Positions 37,430 to 51,637 of a stretch of 64,000 nt of DNA are shown here, one piece after another. This DNA is from Hemiscyllium ocellatum (Eukaryota). The stretch's first letter is position 1; every line of letters begins with the position of its first letter. The notes under the pieces are model-generated. The model was not told the DNA's origin. It saw nothing but the letters and a program-made list of their open reading frames with translations, and searched no databases. The stretch lies in NCBI RefSeq assembly GCF_020745735.1, contig NC_083410.1, forward strand, positions 44,366,117 to 44,430,116, given 5' to 3'. The translations under genes were made by a program, and so were the position numbers.

Positions 37430-40400
37430 TAGAGGCAATGAGGAATTTACAAGAGCAAGGGGATGTGATGGATGGCAGTTAAAGGAAAAGGGAAAAGTCT
37501 CAGATACAGTCACATAGATGGGTTAACTTCAGGAAAGGTAAGAGAGGTAGACAGGTAGCGTAGGAGTTTTCTGTGGCTATCCCATTTCAAAAAAGTATGC
37601 TGTTTTGGAAAATATAGGGAATGATGGATTCTCCGGGGAGTGTAGCACAAAAAACCAAGTTTCTGGTATCAAGACTGGCTCTAATGCCAGGTTCCAAGAG
37701 ATCGATTGTGTTAGGGGACTCTCTAGTCCGAGGTACAGACAGACATTTCTGTGGCCAGCAGCGAAAAAGCAGAATGGTGTGTTGCTTCCCTGGTGCCAGG
37801 ATCAAGGATGTCTCAGAGAGGGTGCAGGATATTCTCAAGGGGAAGAGGGGCCAGCAAGAGTTCATTGTACACGTTGGAACAAATGACATAAGAAGGGAAA
37901 AGATTGAGATTCTGAAGGGACAATGTAGAGAGTTAGGCAGGACTTTAAAAAGCAGGTCCTCGAGATTAATAATGCCTGGATTATTCTCGGTGCTATGAGC
38001 TAGTGAGGGCAGAAATAGGAGGATAAAGCAGATGAATGCATGGCTGAGGAGCTGGTTTATGGGAGAAAGATCCACATTTTTGAATCATTAAAATCTCTTC
38101 TGGAGTAGAAGTGACCTGTACAAGAAGGACGGTTTGTTAGAAGGGGACTAATATATTGGCATGGAGATTTGCTACAGCGGCTCAGGAAGATTTAAACAAG
38201 TGAGGTGGAGTGGAGGGGGACCCAGAGAGATAGTGAGGAAAGTGATCAATCTGAGATTGGTACAGTTGAGAAAAGAAGCGAGTCAAACAGTCAGGGCAGG
38301 CAGGAACATAGCAGAGAACAAGGTAGGACTGATAAATTAAACTGCATTTATTTCAATGCAAGAGGGCGAACAGGGAAGACAGATAAATTCAGGGCATGGT
38401 TAGGAACATGAGACTGGGATATCATATCAATTACAGAAATGTGGCTCATAGATGGGCAGGACTGACAGCTTAATGTTCCAGGATACAAATATTACTGGAA
38501 GGATAGAAAGGGAGGCAAGAGAGGAGGGGGAGTGACTTTTTTGATAAGTGATAGCATTATAACTGTACAGAGGGAGGATATTCCCAGAAATACATCCAGG
38601 GAAGTTATTTGGATGGAACTGAGAAATAAGAAAGGGATGACCTTATTGGGATTGTATTATCGACCCCCTAATAGTCAATGGGAAATTGAGAAAAAGATTT
38701 GTAGAGAGATCTCAGCTATCTGTAAGAATAATAGGGTAGTTATGATCGGGGATTTTAACTTTCCAAACATAGACTGGGACTGCCATAGTGTTAAGGGTTT
38801 AGATGGAGAGGAATTTGTTAAGTGTGTACAAGACAATTTTCTGATTCAGTATGTGGATGTACCTACTAGAGAAGGTGCAAAACTCTTGGGAAATAAGACA
38901 GGGCAGGTGACTGAGATGTCAGTAGGGGAGGACTTTGGGGCCAGTGACCATAATTCTATTAGTTTAAAGTGATGGAAAAGGATAGACCAGATCTAAAAAT
39001 TGAAGTTCTAAATTGGAGGAAGGCTAATTTTGATGGTATTAGGCGAGAACTTTCAAAAGCTGATTGGAGGCAGATGTTAACACATAAAGGAACGGCTAGA
39101 AAATGGGAAGTCTTCAGAAATTAGATAATGAGAGTCCAGAAAAAGTATATTCCTGTTAGGATGAAATGAAAGGCTGGTAGGTATGAGGAATGCTGGATGA
39201 CCAGAGAAATTGAGTGTTTGTTAAGAAAAAGAAGGAAGTGTATGTCAGGTATAGACAGGATAGATTGGGTAAATCCTTAGAAGAGTATAAAGGCAGTAAG
39301 AGGAAAATCAGGAGGGCAAAAAGGGGGCAATAAATAGCTTTGGCAAATAGAATTTAGGAGAATCCAAAGGGTTTTTACAAGTACATTAAGGACAAAAAGG
39401 TAACTAGGGACAGAATAGGGCCCCTCAAAGATCAGCAAGACAGCCTTTGTGTGGAACCACAGGAGATGAGGGAGATACTAAACAACTATTTTGCATCAGC
39501 ATTTACTGTGGAGAAGGACATGGAAGATATAGAATGCAGGGAAATAGATGGTGACATCTTTAAAAATGTCCATATTACTGATGTGAAACATATAAAGCTG
39601 AATAAATCCCCAATACCTGATCAGGTACACCCTAGAACTCTCGGGAAGTTAGGGAATTAATTGCTGGGCCCTTGCTGAGATATTGGTATCATCGATCATC
39701 ACAGGTGAGGTGCTGGAAGACTGCAGGTTGAATAATGTGGTGCCTCCATTTAAGAAAGGTGGTAAGAACAAGCCAGGGAACCACAGACCAGTGAGCCTGA
39801 TGTCGTTGGTGAGCAAGTTGTTGGAGGGAAGCCTGAGGGACAGGATGTGCATGTATTTGGAAAGGCAAGGACCGGTTAGGGATAGTCAACATGGCTTTGT
39901 GCATGGGAAATCATGTCTCAAAAACTTGACTGAGATTTTTGAAGAAGTAACAAAGAGGATTGATGACAGCAGAGTTAGACGTGATCTGTATGGACTTCAG
40001 TAAGGTGTTCAACAAGGTTCCCCATAGGAGATTGGTTAGCTAAGTTAGATCTCATGGAATAAAAAGAGAATTAGCCATTTGGATACAGAACTAGCTCAAA
40101 GGTTGAAGACTGAGGATGGTGCTGGAGGGTTATTTTTCAGACTGGAAGCCTGTGACCAGTGGAGTGCCACAAGGATCGGTGCTGGGTCGACTATTTTTCA
40201 TAATTTATACGAATGATTTGGATGTGAGCATAAGAGGTATGGTGGGTAAGTTTGCAGATGAAACCAAAATTGGAGGTGTACTGCACAACAAAGATGGTTA
40301 CCTCAGATTACAAATGGATCTTGATCAGATGGGCCAATGGGCTAAGGAGTGGCAGATGGTGTTTAATTTAGATAAATACGAAGTGGTGCATTTTGGGAAA

Positions 40401-41157
40401 GCAAATCTTAGCAGGACTTATACACTTAATGGTAAGGTTCTGAGTAATGTCGCTGAACAAAGAGACCTTGGAGTGCAGGTTCATGCTCCTTGAAAGTGGA
40501 GTCGCAGATAGATAGGATAGTGAAGAAGGTGTTTGATATGCTTTCCTTTGTTGGTCAGAGTATTAAGAATATGGGTTGGGAGGTCATGTTGCAGCTGTAC
40601 AGGACACTGGAATATTGTGTGCAATTCTGGTCTCCTTCTTATCGGAAAGATGTTATGAAACTTGAAAGAGTTCAGAAAAGATTTCAATGACGTTGCCAGG
40701 GTTGGAGGACTTGAGATATAGGGAGAGGTTGAACAGGCTGGGGCTGTTTTCCCTGGAGCATCAGAGGCTGAGGGGTGACATTATAGAGGTTTATAAAATC
40801 ATGAGGGACATGGATAGGATAAATAGACAAAGTCTTTTCCCTGGGTTGGGGGAGTCCAGAACTAGAGGGCATTGGTTTAGGGTGAGAGAGGCAAGGTATA
40901 AAAGAGACCTAAGGGACAACTTTTTCACACAGAGGGTGGTACAGGTATGGAATGAACTGCCAGAGGAAGTGGTGGAGGCTGGTACAATTGCAGCATTTAA
41001 GAGGCATTTGGATGGGTATATGAATAGGAAGGGTTTGGAGGGTTAAGGCCTGGGTGCTGGCAGGTGGAAACTAGGTTGGGTTTCAATATCTGGTCGGCAT
41101 GGACGAATTGGATCGATAGGTCTGTTTCCGTGATGTACATCTCTCTGACTTTATGGC
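37430..41157 (+). mobile_element. Near full-length decayed CR1 LINE (ORF1 esterase + ORF2)
   Basis: ORF1 SGNH/GDSL motifs IVLGDSLVRG..CCFPGARIKD..VHVGTND (37621-37998); ORF2 pieces YFNARG, YRPPN, GDFNFP, SDHN, GVPQGSVLG, KFADETK; many stops and frameshifts; tail ctctctgactttatg. Confidence 0.95.
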
Positions 41158-41653
41158 TATTCCACTAAGAGTTTGATACAATGGCTGCCTGCTTGCTGCA
41201 TTTACAGTTGTGTTTGTAACATAAGCTGCTGGCACATGGTGGCAATGTGTGTTTGATATAATACATTGCTGTACAACAAGATGTCCACCCCTACACTGAG
41301 GACAGCTTAACAGCAAGACCAGCTGCCTGGTTGGCTGACTGTGCTAACTGGCATGGCAAGGCAAGACAGGGCATGGATGATGCTGGTATGCAAGTAGAAA
41401 TTAATTAGAGAGTAGAGCAAGAGAGCAAGCAAGCAGTCCTAAGATGCAGCTTGGTTCAGTTCATGAGTTTCTGGGTATCTGTGCCCGCTGTAGCCTTTCA
41501 ATGCTAACTACTTGTGCAATGCAAGTCTGTGCTTCCAGAGTGCACTGGCAATGCATCCAAGAGGTGCCAGAATGATTGTGAGGGGATAACGAATGTCTGT
41601 GGAAGATTGCAAATGCTTGGTGCCTGTGCATTGCGCCCATAGGCAATATGAGG

Positions 41654-41869
41654 CAAGATTAGAGTGGTGCTGGAAAAGCACAGCAGGATAGGCAGCATCC
41701 AAGGAGCAGGGAAATCGCCGTTTCAGGCAAATGTCCTTCCTGATGAAGGGCTTTTGCCTGAAACATCGATTTTTCTGCTCCTTGGATGCTGCCTGACCTG
41801 CTGTGCTTTTGCCAACACCCCTCTAATCTTGACTCTGATCTCCAGCATTTGCAGTCCTCACTTTCGCTG
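41654..41869 (+). mobile_element. Palindromic Penelope-like pLTR insertion with hammerhead core
   Basis: About 86-bp inverted arms (41654-41739 / 41745-41831); CTGATGA 41740-41746, GGC-TTTT-GCC, GAAAC; perfect 14-bp TSD TAGGCAATATGAGG 41640-41653 / 41870-41883. Confidence 0.88.
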
Positions 41870-44800
41870 TAGGCAATATGAGGGTCATTCAGGGTGAGCA
41901 GCAAGCTGGATCCGCCAGATACATGCTCTGGTTTCCATGTTGATTTTCCTGATGTCTACCTTACTTGGCAAGTTTGCTAAGATGGGAGAGTGAATATTAA
42001 TGAGGTGAGTTGTACTGTGTAGCAAGTAGTAATCACTCACTGCTGCTACCCAGCAAGAATCTCACCAGGCCGCATGTGAAAAGCTAGAAGATCATGCAAG
42101 TTACTCCTGCAATTGATGTGGGCCGCAGCAAAATTCCTGCCCAATTTTGTCACACATCTAAGCACTGTTTACTTTGCACAGACCTTTACAAGATCCTACC
42201 CCAACTGTTTTAGTTCATCTTAGGAAGCTGGTATTTTGTAGTAATATTTTATTTTCATAATTTCATGGGAAAAATATCCTGAATTATGAAAATAAATGTG
42301 ATATGGATATGTTGTTATAAAATTTCTATATATATAGAAGTGCACAAGTATAATTAGCCCTAGCAGGGAAAAACAATTGTGGTGAAAGGGTGATAGATGA
42401 ATACTGGCAATTGAATTCTAAAATATCATCTTAGTGTTATTGGAATTTGGATGGTTCCAGTGAGAGATCTGACTAAGGCTACAGAATGTAGTCAGTCACA
42501 AGAGATGAAGGTGTAAAATCAGGACAATCTCCTATTTGGCTGCACTCTCAAATCTGCCAAAGTTCGCAGGGTAACATGAAGAATCCTACGTGATTGACTG
42601 TCCGTGAAGACAATACGGATGTGAGAAGACAGTAATGGATCACAGTATATTACAACTCCTTTATTACAGGGATAGGATCAGGTCAGAGGAAGCGGAATTA
42701 TTTTTATAAATACAACTAGATATATATTAACAAGCTTGATAATCATTCAGACTAGAATGTGAACTGAATGCCATTGACTCAATAATATTAGGTTACTTGT
42801 GAAAGCATCCCTAAATTCAGCATCTATATGATCCCAGTAGAAATGTATGGGGGTAGAATGCAAACTAAACAATTAATTAAAGGTCAGGTATCTCTTATGT
42901 ATATAATCTTATTCAAAACCTTAAAAATGCTTTACATGGGACCCTTCCTTTAATGGACAAGTAGCAGTGAAAAGTATAAGGGTCAGCTGCCTGCTGTGTT
43001 ATATAGCTGTTGCGTTCCCTGCCAGATATATTCCAGAAAATTTGCTTCATTTATAATTTGTTTCCAAAACAAATAATGAACTTTATGACAGGACCAGCAA
43101 ATGGTGCTAAAGATAGTCACAGTATGATCACTCTGGACAACTGTTCAGGACTATGAGAACATTAAGGGTATGTGTTTGAACTCCAGTGAAGGAACTCATC
43201 ATGATATAAATTATCTGTGAACTATCATAAAGAGGGGGGTGTTTCTTCATAAATAATCATATTCCACAGAGCTACACTGTTGCCAAAATATGGCAAGTAT
43301 GCATCTGAACAAACTGATACTCAACCAGGTTAGGCCTGAACATAATAGGGAAAATGTTGTGATTCCTTTGGCAGTTCGTGCACTTTATAAATTCACTATA
43401 TATATATATCATTAACTCTTGCAGAGCCACTGATGGATTGCTACATTGATTAACTTTCAATTTTGCTCTCAATTTGAAGGTTGTATTCAATTTAATTCAT
43501 GGATAGCCTATGTTCACTACACATTCATAATTACCTATCAAATGTATTTCAAAACATTTCATGGACTAATACCTCAACTCCTAGCTTTCAAAATTAGGAA
43601 GGAGGCTCACCAAATGATATGTAACAAAGGGAAAATGTATTTAGTTAATTCCTGACAAGTTTACTCATTAGGTAGTCAGCTCCACATTCCAATCAGTTAC
43701 CACTTTCACTTTCAGTCAATAGCCTCAGCTGAGATAATTGGACTGAGTGAGGCCAGCCATAGGGTGCTATATCTATCCTCAGTGGCCCTGGGTTAGGAAG
43801 AGAAAAATCAACCATTTTTCTCTGTTTTTGATCAGTGTCCAACATATCCTATTGGAAGTACAAATTGATTGATGACATAATTGATCTTAGGAATGAAGAC
43901 ACTCAAAGGTGGGTGAAATGCGGATTGAAGTTAAAGCCAGATTGTGGTTAGATGCCTTTTCCAGTGGTAGATACAAGCCATACTTTCAGAACTGATGGGG
44001 AGAAAATCATTGAGGTAAATATGAAGTAAAATGGCAATATTAACCAAAATCCTATAATTGGTGTTCCCCCAATAAGCAGAAAAACAATTGTTCATAACCA
44101 AGAGGTTTTAGATTCATGCCCAGTGCTGACCGTCAATACACCTTTTGGGTGTGACTTTATACACACATCTGAGAGTTTGTGTTCAAGACAGATTGGTTGA
44201 GGAGAAGTCAAGGTGAAGAACTGTCTTCAGGCTTAGAAATATGTTATTTGCATATGAATATTACCTACTGCTCCACATGGTAATCTGAAATATACATAAT
44301 TCACATCTGACTATTATTACTGAAAAGCTATTCTCTATGTGCTTCTCTCTTCACTCTTCCAATCGCTCTCCCTCTCCAACTATACTGTGATATTTATGCC
44401 TAGTGTGAGCTTCCCCTTAATATTCTAAGGTTTCTCCAGGGTCTTAAAGCCTTCATATAACATCCCGTCCCAAGCTTTCCCCAGCTCCCCATATCATACA
44501 TGTTGAATAACATTTATATACAATCTCAAATGAGTGACTTAAATAACATCTGTACATCTCCTTTCCTTATATTTCCAACTATTCTCCAGATCATGAACTT
44601 CATTCATCTGTGTTGATGGGTGGGTAAGGATGAGATATGGAAACTCGGGGTGAAGTTGATCAGCTTCCTTTTTCTCTGCTGGCTTCTGTAAAATTCCATG
44701 AAATATTGAACAAATGTTGCTATAAGATTGTCAAATGTAATTTCTTTCTCATCAATCTGTTGTATATGTAACACATGACCTCATTTTTTTTTCCCATGTA

Positions 44801-44989
44801 GTCAGGAAATGTGCTACTCTGTTCTGCATTTGATTTGGTGTCCAATTCTGAAACTGCTTGAAATCCTGGGCTTTCTACATGTGCCAACTTGCTACTCCAT
44901 CCAAACCTGAAAGATTCAATTTCTCTATTGGAAAGATTGGTATCAGTGAATTTTGATGCATTAGCTGTTTGTTGATAGGCACTTGAACA

Positions 44990-45305
44990 TTAGAATAGAT
45001 TCCCTACAGTGTGGAAACAGGGCCTTTGGCCCAACAAGTCCATAATCACTGCCCAAAGAGTAACCCACCCAAACTCATTTACCCCTGACTAATGCATCTA
45101 ACACAACGGGCAATTTAGAATGGCCAATTCACCTGCCCTGCACATCTTTGGATTGTGGGAGGAAACTGGAGCACCCGGAGGAAATCCACACAGACACAGT
45201 GAGAACGTGCAAACTCCACACAGACTGGCAGCTGAGGCTGGAATCGAATCCGGGTCCCTGGCATTGTGAGGCAGCAGTGCTAACCACTGAGCCACCATGC
45301 CACCC
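44990..45305 (-). mobile_element. HE1-type V-SINE
   Basis: Full copy homologous to 18941-19247 and 51696-51980; A box and B box (GGGTTCGATTCC on minus). Confidence 0.93.
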
Positions 45306-45865
45306 ATAGTGTTGAATATTTTCTTGATTTGGATAATGATTGTTGAGATTTTGGTCTCCTTGTACCACACTCATTTGTGGACATGTTGTATTCTTGGTTA
45401 AAGTTGTTTTTGAATCTTTGTTGCAAAGATTGTTGCTGATTGTTAACTAGTACTAAAACTGAAAGCCGATAAAGTTTTTGCTCCTCTAGTATTGTTTTTG
45501 ATGTGAAGTTCAGTACTCCTTTACCAATGTGGCATAACCAGAGAGATAAATGAAGATATTCAGTTCCAAAGTGGATGAAGGACTTCCAAAAGGTATGTGG
45601 ATAGAAACTTCAAATGACTTCAATTTATAAGATTCATAGATTTTTTTGATTGTATGAAAGATGTCTGCCGTGATGTTATTCACACCAATTTTTTTCTTGA
45701 TTTGAAATAGTTTTGTACGAAATTTGATACACATTATTAGATTTATGCTCATTTTCTTTGATTGCTGTGCCATTTTTTAATAAGGAAAATTAATTTTAAA
45801 AATTAGTTACTCAACAAAACTTGCATTTCTCAGACAAAACATCAAAACAATAAAGATTTGTCTAA

Positions 45866-46051
45866 ATAAAAACCAAAATAAACTATGGATGCTTAAATCA
45901 GAAATAAAAACCGAAATTTCTGGGAAAGGTCTGACAATGTCAGTGGAGAGAAATCCTGAAGAAGGGTCACCCGACCCGAAACATTAACTTTAATTTCTCT
46001 CCACAGATGCTGCCAAACCTGCTGAGCTTTTCCAGCAATTTCTGTTTTTGT
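45866..46051 (-). mobile_element. Palindromic Penelope-like pLTR insertion
   Basis: 15-bp TSD TAAAGATTTGTCTAA 45851-45865 / TAAAGATTTATCTAA 46052-46066; plus arm starts exactly at CTGAAGA 45956. Confidence 0.85.
45956..45988 (+). ncRNA. Minimal type-I hammerhead ribozyme-like core (PLE-derived)
   Basis: CTGAAGA-A-GGGTC-ACCC-GACCC-GAAAC-ATT-aac with a perfect 5-bp stem II; the triplet G is apparently lost by CpG decay. Confidence 0.55.
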
Positions 46052-46289
46052 TAAAGATTTATCTAACTTCACTGTTAGAGATTCGAAACCCACAAAATGA
46101 TTCTTATTTCCAATTCTTAAATTCAATATTTTTGTCTGTTTTTGAGGAATTTTCTACTTGTTTGTTTGACGTGGAGTAAGTAGTCTAAAACTACCAGAAG
46201 ACTTAACCCTGCTTCCTAGCCAAACTTTCTAAAATCTTCATCTATGAAGAAATACCAAGAGAAGACTCTATTGATACTATTAAGTCAGG

Positions 46290-47790
46290 ATGATGAGTGT
46301 GTTGGAAGAGAACTTACCAGTGGTGTTGTTTCAATGTATCTGGTGCCCCTGTCCTTCAAGGTGAAAGTGATCATAGGTTTGGACATTACTGCCTAAGGAG
46401 CCTTAATGAATTTCAGCTGGACATCCTGTAAATGGTATATGCTGTTGTTATTGTGTGACAGTGTTGGAAAGAGTTATTGTTTGTAGACGTGGGATCAATC
46501 AAGCAGAATACTTTGTCAAACCTCTCTAGTGTTGAATGAGCTGCACTTATTCAGGCAGTGGGGAATATTCCATCAGACTCCTGACTTGTACTATGTAGAT
46601 AGTGAGTCAGGAGGGGAGTACTTGCTGCAGTATTCCTAGCCTCTGACTTGCTATTATAGCCATTGTGTTTATGTGGTGAGTCCAGTTGAATTTCTGGTCA
46701 CTGATAATGCTAAGGCTGTTGATGGTGGGAGATTCACTGATGATGACGCTATGGAATGTCAATGGGTGGTGTTTAGATTATCCCTTATTTGAGACAGTAA
46801 TTGTCTGTCATTTGTCTGACATGAATGTTACTTGCTAATTGTCAACTCAAGCCTGATATTGTCCATACCTTTTCACAGTTGAACATGGACCGCTTCAGTA
46901 CCTAAGGAGTCATCAGCAGTGCTGAATATTGTACAATAAACAGCAAACATCCTGCTTCTGACCTCATGATGAAGCAGCTGAAGATAGTTAGGCATAGGAC
47001 ACAACCCTGAGGAACTCCTGAAGAAATATCCTCAAGATGAAATGACTAACCACCACCAACAACAGCCACCTTCCTATGTGCCAGGTATGACTCCAACAAG
47101 CAGACAGTGTACCCCCAAATTATCATTGATTCCAGTTTTGCTCGGGCTCTTTGATGCCACACTCAGTCAAATGCGGCCTTGATGTCAAGGGTTGTCACTC
47201 TGGAATTCAGCTCTTTTGTCCAAGTTTGAACTAAGCTGCAATGAGATCAGGAACCAAGTGGCTCTGGCAGAACCCAAACTGGGCATCACTCAGAAGGACA
47301 TTGTTAAGGAAACGCTGCTTGACAGCACTGTTAATGACCCCTTGCATCACTTTACTGACGATAGAGAGTAGGCTGAGAGGGTGGTAATTGTGGGTTGGAT
47401 TTGTCCTGCTTTTTGTGTATAGGGCATACCTGGGCAACTTTCCACTTGGTAAAAGCGAGTTTTGTAGCTGTATCGGAAGAGCTTGGATCAGCATGGAAGG
47501 TTCGGGAGCACAAAAGCATTCCAGCAATAGTCCTAAAGATTTAAGGCCCATAGCCTTTGCAATAACCAATGCCACAATTTCTTAATATCAGCTGGAATGA
47601 ATTGAATGGAGTGAAGACTGGCACATATGATTTGGGGGCCTTCTTTAGGACGCCAAAAGATATTCATCTGGTACTTTTGGCCAAAGGTTGTTGTGAATTC
47701 GTCAGCCTTATCTTTTGTACTGATGTGTTGGGATCTCCCGTCAGTGAGGATGGAAATATTTGTGGAGCCTCTGCCTCCAGTGAATTGTTT
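46290..47790 (-). mobile_element. Family-B CR1/L2-group LINE fragment (RT region to 3' part)
   Basis: Minus-strand NPTHNYHPLSLLSIVSKVMQGVIN..LLSDAQFGF, LDIKAAFD, GVPQGCVL. Confidence 0.88.
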
Positions 47791-50700
47791 TGTTTGGGTG
47801 ACCACATTTGGTTAAATTTGTGTGGCTCTTCTTCTGGGTGGACAATACTAACAAATGCAGCCTTTAAGACTATTCAACAGCCTCTGCAGTCCCTAGGAAA
47901 CAGTGACTTGCATTTTTACAGTGCTTTTAACGTAGTAAAGTAGCCAAATCACCTCAAGTTGAATTGATAAACTGAAAAGAATTCATTTCTGTGGAGTGAG
48001 GAGGAGCCAGGGTATTCCCAATTCTATCCGACCTCCATATCCCACTCCAACATCCTTGCTTCCTTTTCCCCTCTCTCTGTGCATTTAAATGAGAATGGTT
48101 GCCAGGAGACAGACGCGCTGACTCTGATACCTTTCCTCAGGTAAGTTAATTTTCGAGTTTCAGGCAGTACTGGAAGTTCATCCAAAATACACTGAGTGAT
48201 AAGGCCAATTCCCATTAATTCAGTGAGAATTACACAATGTTAAGCCTGAGCCTAAAAATCTTAAAACCTTGAATGCCAGGGTAAACCAAATTCTGCGCAT
48301 TCATACAGACAGTGAGACAGATGAGTTTGAATGCCAGTACTGCTAATGATGGGACTTTGGAGTGACATCTGCACTCAAATAATAATAAAAGGAAGAAAGA
48401 ATATTCTTTGTCCATGGTTCAGTTGCTATGACTATTTCTAAATGATGTATACACAGTGGAAAAGTCCAAGGTTCAATCTTTGACTATCCAACTTGCAGAT
48501 CTTAACCATTTCATATTGCCAAATATATTTAGCATTGGCATACCAAAAACAAAAATGAAAACTATAATTAGAAATGTGCTTTATTGTCAGAAAATAGCAA
48601 TGCAAAACATTACAGTTCTTATTGAGCCAAGTCTTAAAATGTTGATAAATAATGATTGTCTATAGGGAAGAAAATAAAATTTATTTGCGTGTGTTCTCAC
48701 GGAGTCTTATCTGTTTTCCATATAAATTCATCATGTAATGCCTGACACCATATAAAGATACTTTCTATATATTTATGAAGAGAGAAAATATCAATGTAAA
48801 TCCTTTTATGCATTTACACCAAAGAAAGGATTGTATAATTGACTAAAGAATTTTTAAAATGTTTTTCTGGTAACTGCTATGACTGCAACAGCTCAAAAAC
48901 TAATTCATTTATCATTTGGATAGTTCTGTGTCCAGTTTTCAGACACAAACTCGGCAACAAAGCATCCAATATGGCAAGTGGAGCACAAGTTAATTAAATG
49001 TCAGTAGTCCTTTGCTTAGTGGACTGAGATATGTTAATGTCAGACATGTGAAATGTAAGTGAATTCATTTGAATGTTGTCTTAAGCTTTCAGAATTGATT
49101 CAATTATCAGATGATCCTAGGGCAGTGTCGTTCGTAAGAAGACATGTTGGACATTAGTAGGTGTAGCAAATGTCCACTAAAATTTAATGGATGGAATATT
49201 ACAGGGTGAGACTTTGATTGGTCTCATCGTGTACAATCCCTGTGAATCCTGAATCACAGACTCACTCTTTAATGTCACTGTCAGTCTAAATAGTCCACAA
49301 ATACAAGATGGAGCTGAATTTCCTTGGTGCAGCATCAGTGGCTATTGGTGAGTGCTAAGTTTCACATTACAGGATCATCTTCATGGTATCTTTATTTGTA
49401 CGTTTATCAAAAATAATGTGTAGCCGGGCAAAAGAAAACTCTCTGGTCAATATATCATCACAACAAATTGGTCACATCATTATATAAGAGTAAACATTTT
49501 CCTACACAAATTTCTGTTCTACTGAGAGGGACTGGATTAGTTAGCTCCTGATGTTTCCATAGGTTTTTTTGCCCCATTTGATTAATTCTAATATTATTAT
49601 TATCTTCTTATCTGAATTTCACTGCTGGCTTTATGTTGCAACAGTCAGCAGTAAAACAAGTCTGGCGGCAAGAAAATTCAGCTTTCTTTCTTCTGTTAGT
49701 AAGTTGTTTACACCAGAATCTGAAGATGAGTTGGAAAGGTATGAAGAGGAACATCTAGCAGTCCTAATCATCAATCTCTGCTTTTCATCCCTAATCCATG
49801 AAAGATAAAAACTAGTTTGAAGAAGGTTTCACCCACATCTGCTAACCTTCCATCAGAATCAGGGCTGAAGATCCTATCATCTTCTTATTTGAATATTTGC
49901 AATAAGGGGATTTTATCAAATGTAAGACAGAATCCCAGTCATTCATTTTATTTTAATCTACAACATTAAACAAGACAAAATTATCTGTCTTTGCAACTTT
50001 CAACACCAAAAGCTGTTTACTTTGCATGGAAAACAGCAGCCATACCTGTACATGTCTGTTCATTTACATCGTAATGTCAAGGGATGATCATTCAAATTTT
50101 GGACAATAATTTATTGTTACCGTATAGAAAGAAATCTAGTCACATTTGTTTGTTATCGAGCTCTTCAATCACTCACTTTGAAAGCGACAGTGAAGCACCA
50201 AAAGTGAGGTTGAACTAAAATTGCTGTGTTTTCTGTGCATCTTGTACCTTTTGTTTGTATTGAGCCCCAGTGTATTCATTAGATCCAATGTCAGACCCAA
50301 AACAGCAATCACCGGGCATTGGATGTCTCTTTTGCAATTTCATACAATGATTGAAGTCAAGCAAGTCAGACGAGCAACTGCAGATATCATTCTGGGCGGT
50401 AATACACGGGAAAAATTTGAATTGATTTTTAAAGGGAGAATAAGGCATTCAGGCCAGATGATTAGTTATAATCTGGATCATTAGATTTTTGATTTGTTAG
50501 GTTCTGAGGCCCAGTTTATTGTATTTTACACATGATGAACACATCTGAAGTGTGAAATAAGTCTCCATTATTCTCTCTGGAAACATTTTATCAAACTGTA
50601 TCCTTAAAAAGGCAACATTATTATTCAATTTTGTTGAAACTAGAACTCTGGGAAAGCAGAAAGAAATGGTCGTTCTTGGCTCTGTCTTTCAAATGCCTCT

Positions 50701-51637
50701 GTATCTAACCCCCATTTGAGATGACCTTCAGATAGTGTACAGCATTTTAAAATCTGTTAATAGGCTATAAAATCCATTAGCTGCCTCTCTGCAAAAGTAG
50801 TTAGTAGATTTGAACTTTTGACCTCTACCTGTTGTTCTCCTCTCCATTCTTTGTTCTCCTGGGTGTGTATTCAGATGTCCTTGCCAATTCTGCAAAGAGG
50901 AGTTGGCTATACTGACCATGCCAATCATGAAGAAGATTAAAATATTAATCTGATTTCTCTTTCAGATACTAATTGGTCTGTTGTCCATTGCAATATTTTC
51001 TGATTCTTTTTCATTTCAGAAAGAAATAGTTCAGGCACAAAGTGCAAATTGCTTTTGCATCTCAAATACTGACTTGTCTGGATTGTGTTTCGATTTGTAT
51101 CTGGGACCTAAAGTGGCAGCCTCTTAGCAGTTGAGAATCTCAACATGCAGACCAACATGTGGAAAATGATGAAGTATACCCAAAAAAAAATCAATTACCC
51201 CTCTTCAGCTGATAACAAATCTGTATAGTTGTGGAGTAATGGAAGACTTGGACATCTATTCAGCTAGGGTCTGGTGTAGATGTTAACCTCAGAATGATAT
51301 TCATGTGTGAGATATTAAGAATACAAAAAATGAAGCAGAAGCCAAAACCAGTAACGTTGTAAAGAGTTTGGCCTATTTGAGAGACACTTACACCCAATTT
51401 ACATTTTCACATTTTTGTTGAAGAGCTTATGCAATAAGATTGTCGTGAAAATGATCTTCATCTTTTAAAGTTATACTCCCTAACATTATTATCATGCCGG
51501 GATGTTCACTCACCCCTCATCTTATCAGTAGATTATCAATATACACAAAACTAATACAATTCATCTCATCAACAAACTCTGTAGGTAACAAGTTATGCTA
51601 TTATGTTGATTGTCATCCAGACTCTCTTGTTTCTTGA

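Noticed and set aside
34170-41157. Back-to-back CR1 pair as a single inverted element
   Set aside because: Both contain the same ORF2 region, differ in tail and age, and are separated by about 500 bp of unrelated sequence; these are two independent insertions.
43680-43910. Possible ancient SINE remnant (also faint LF-SINE-like similarity near 17800-18000 and 26040-27150)
   Set aside because: Similarity is from memory and too weak to name a family.
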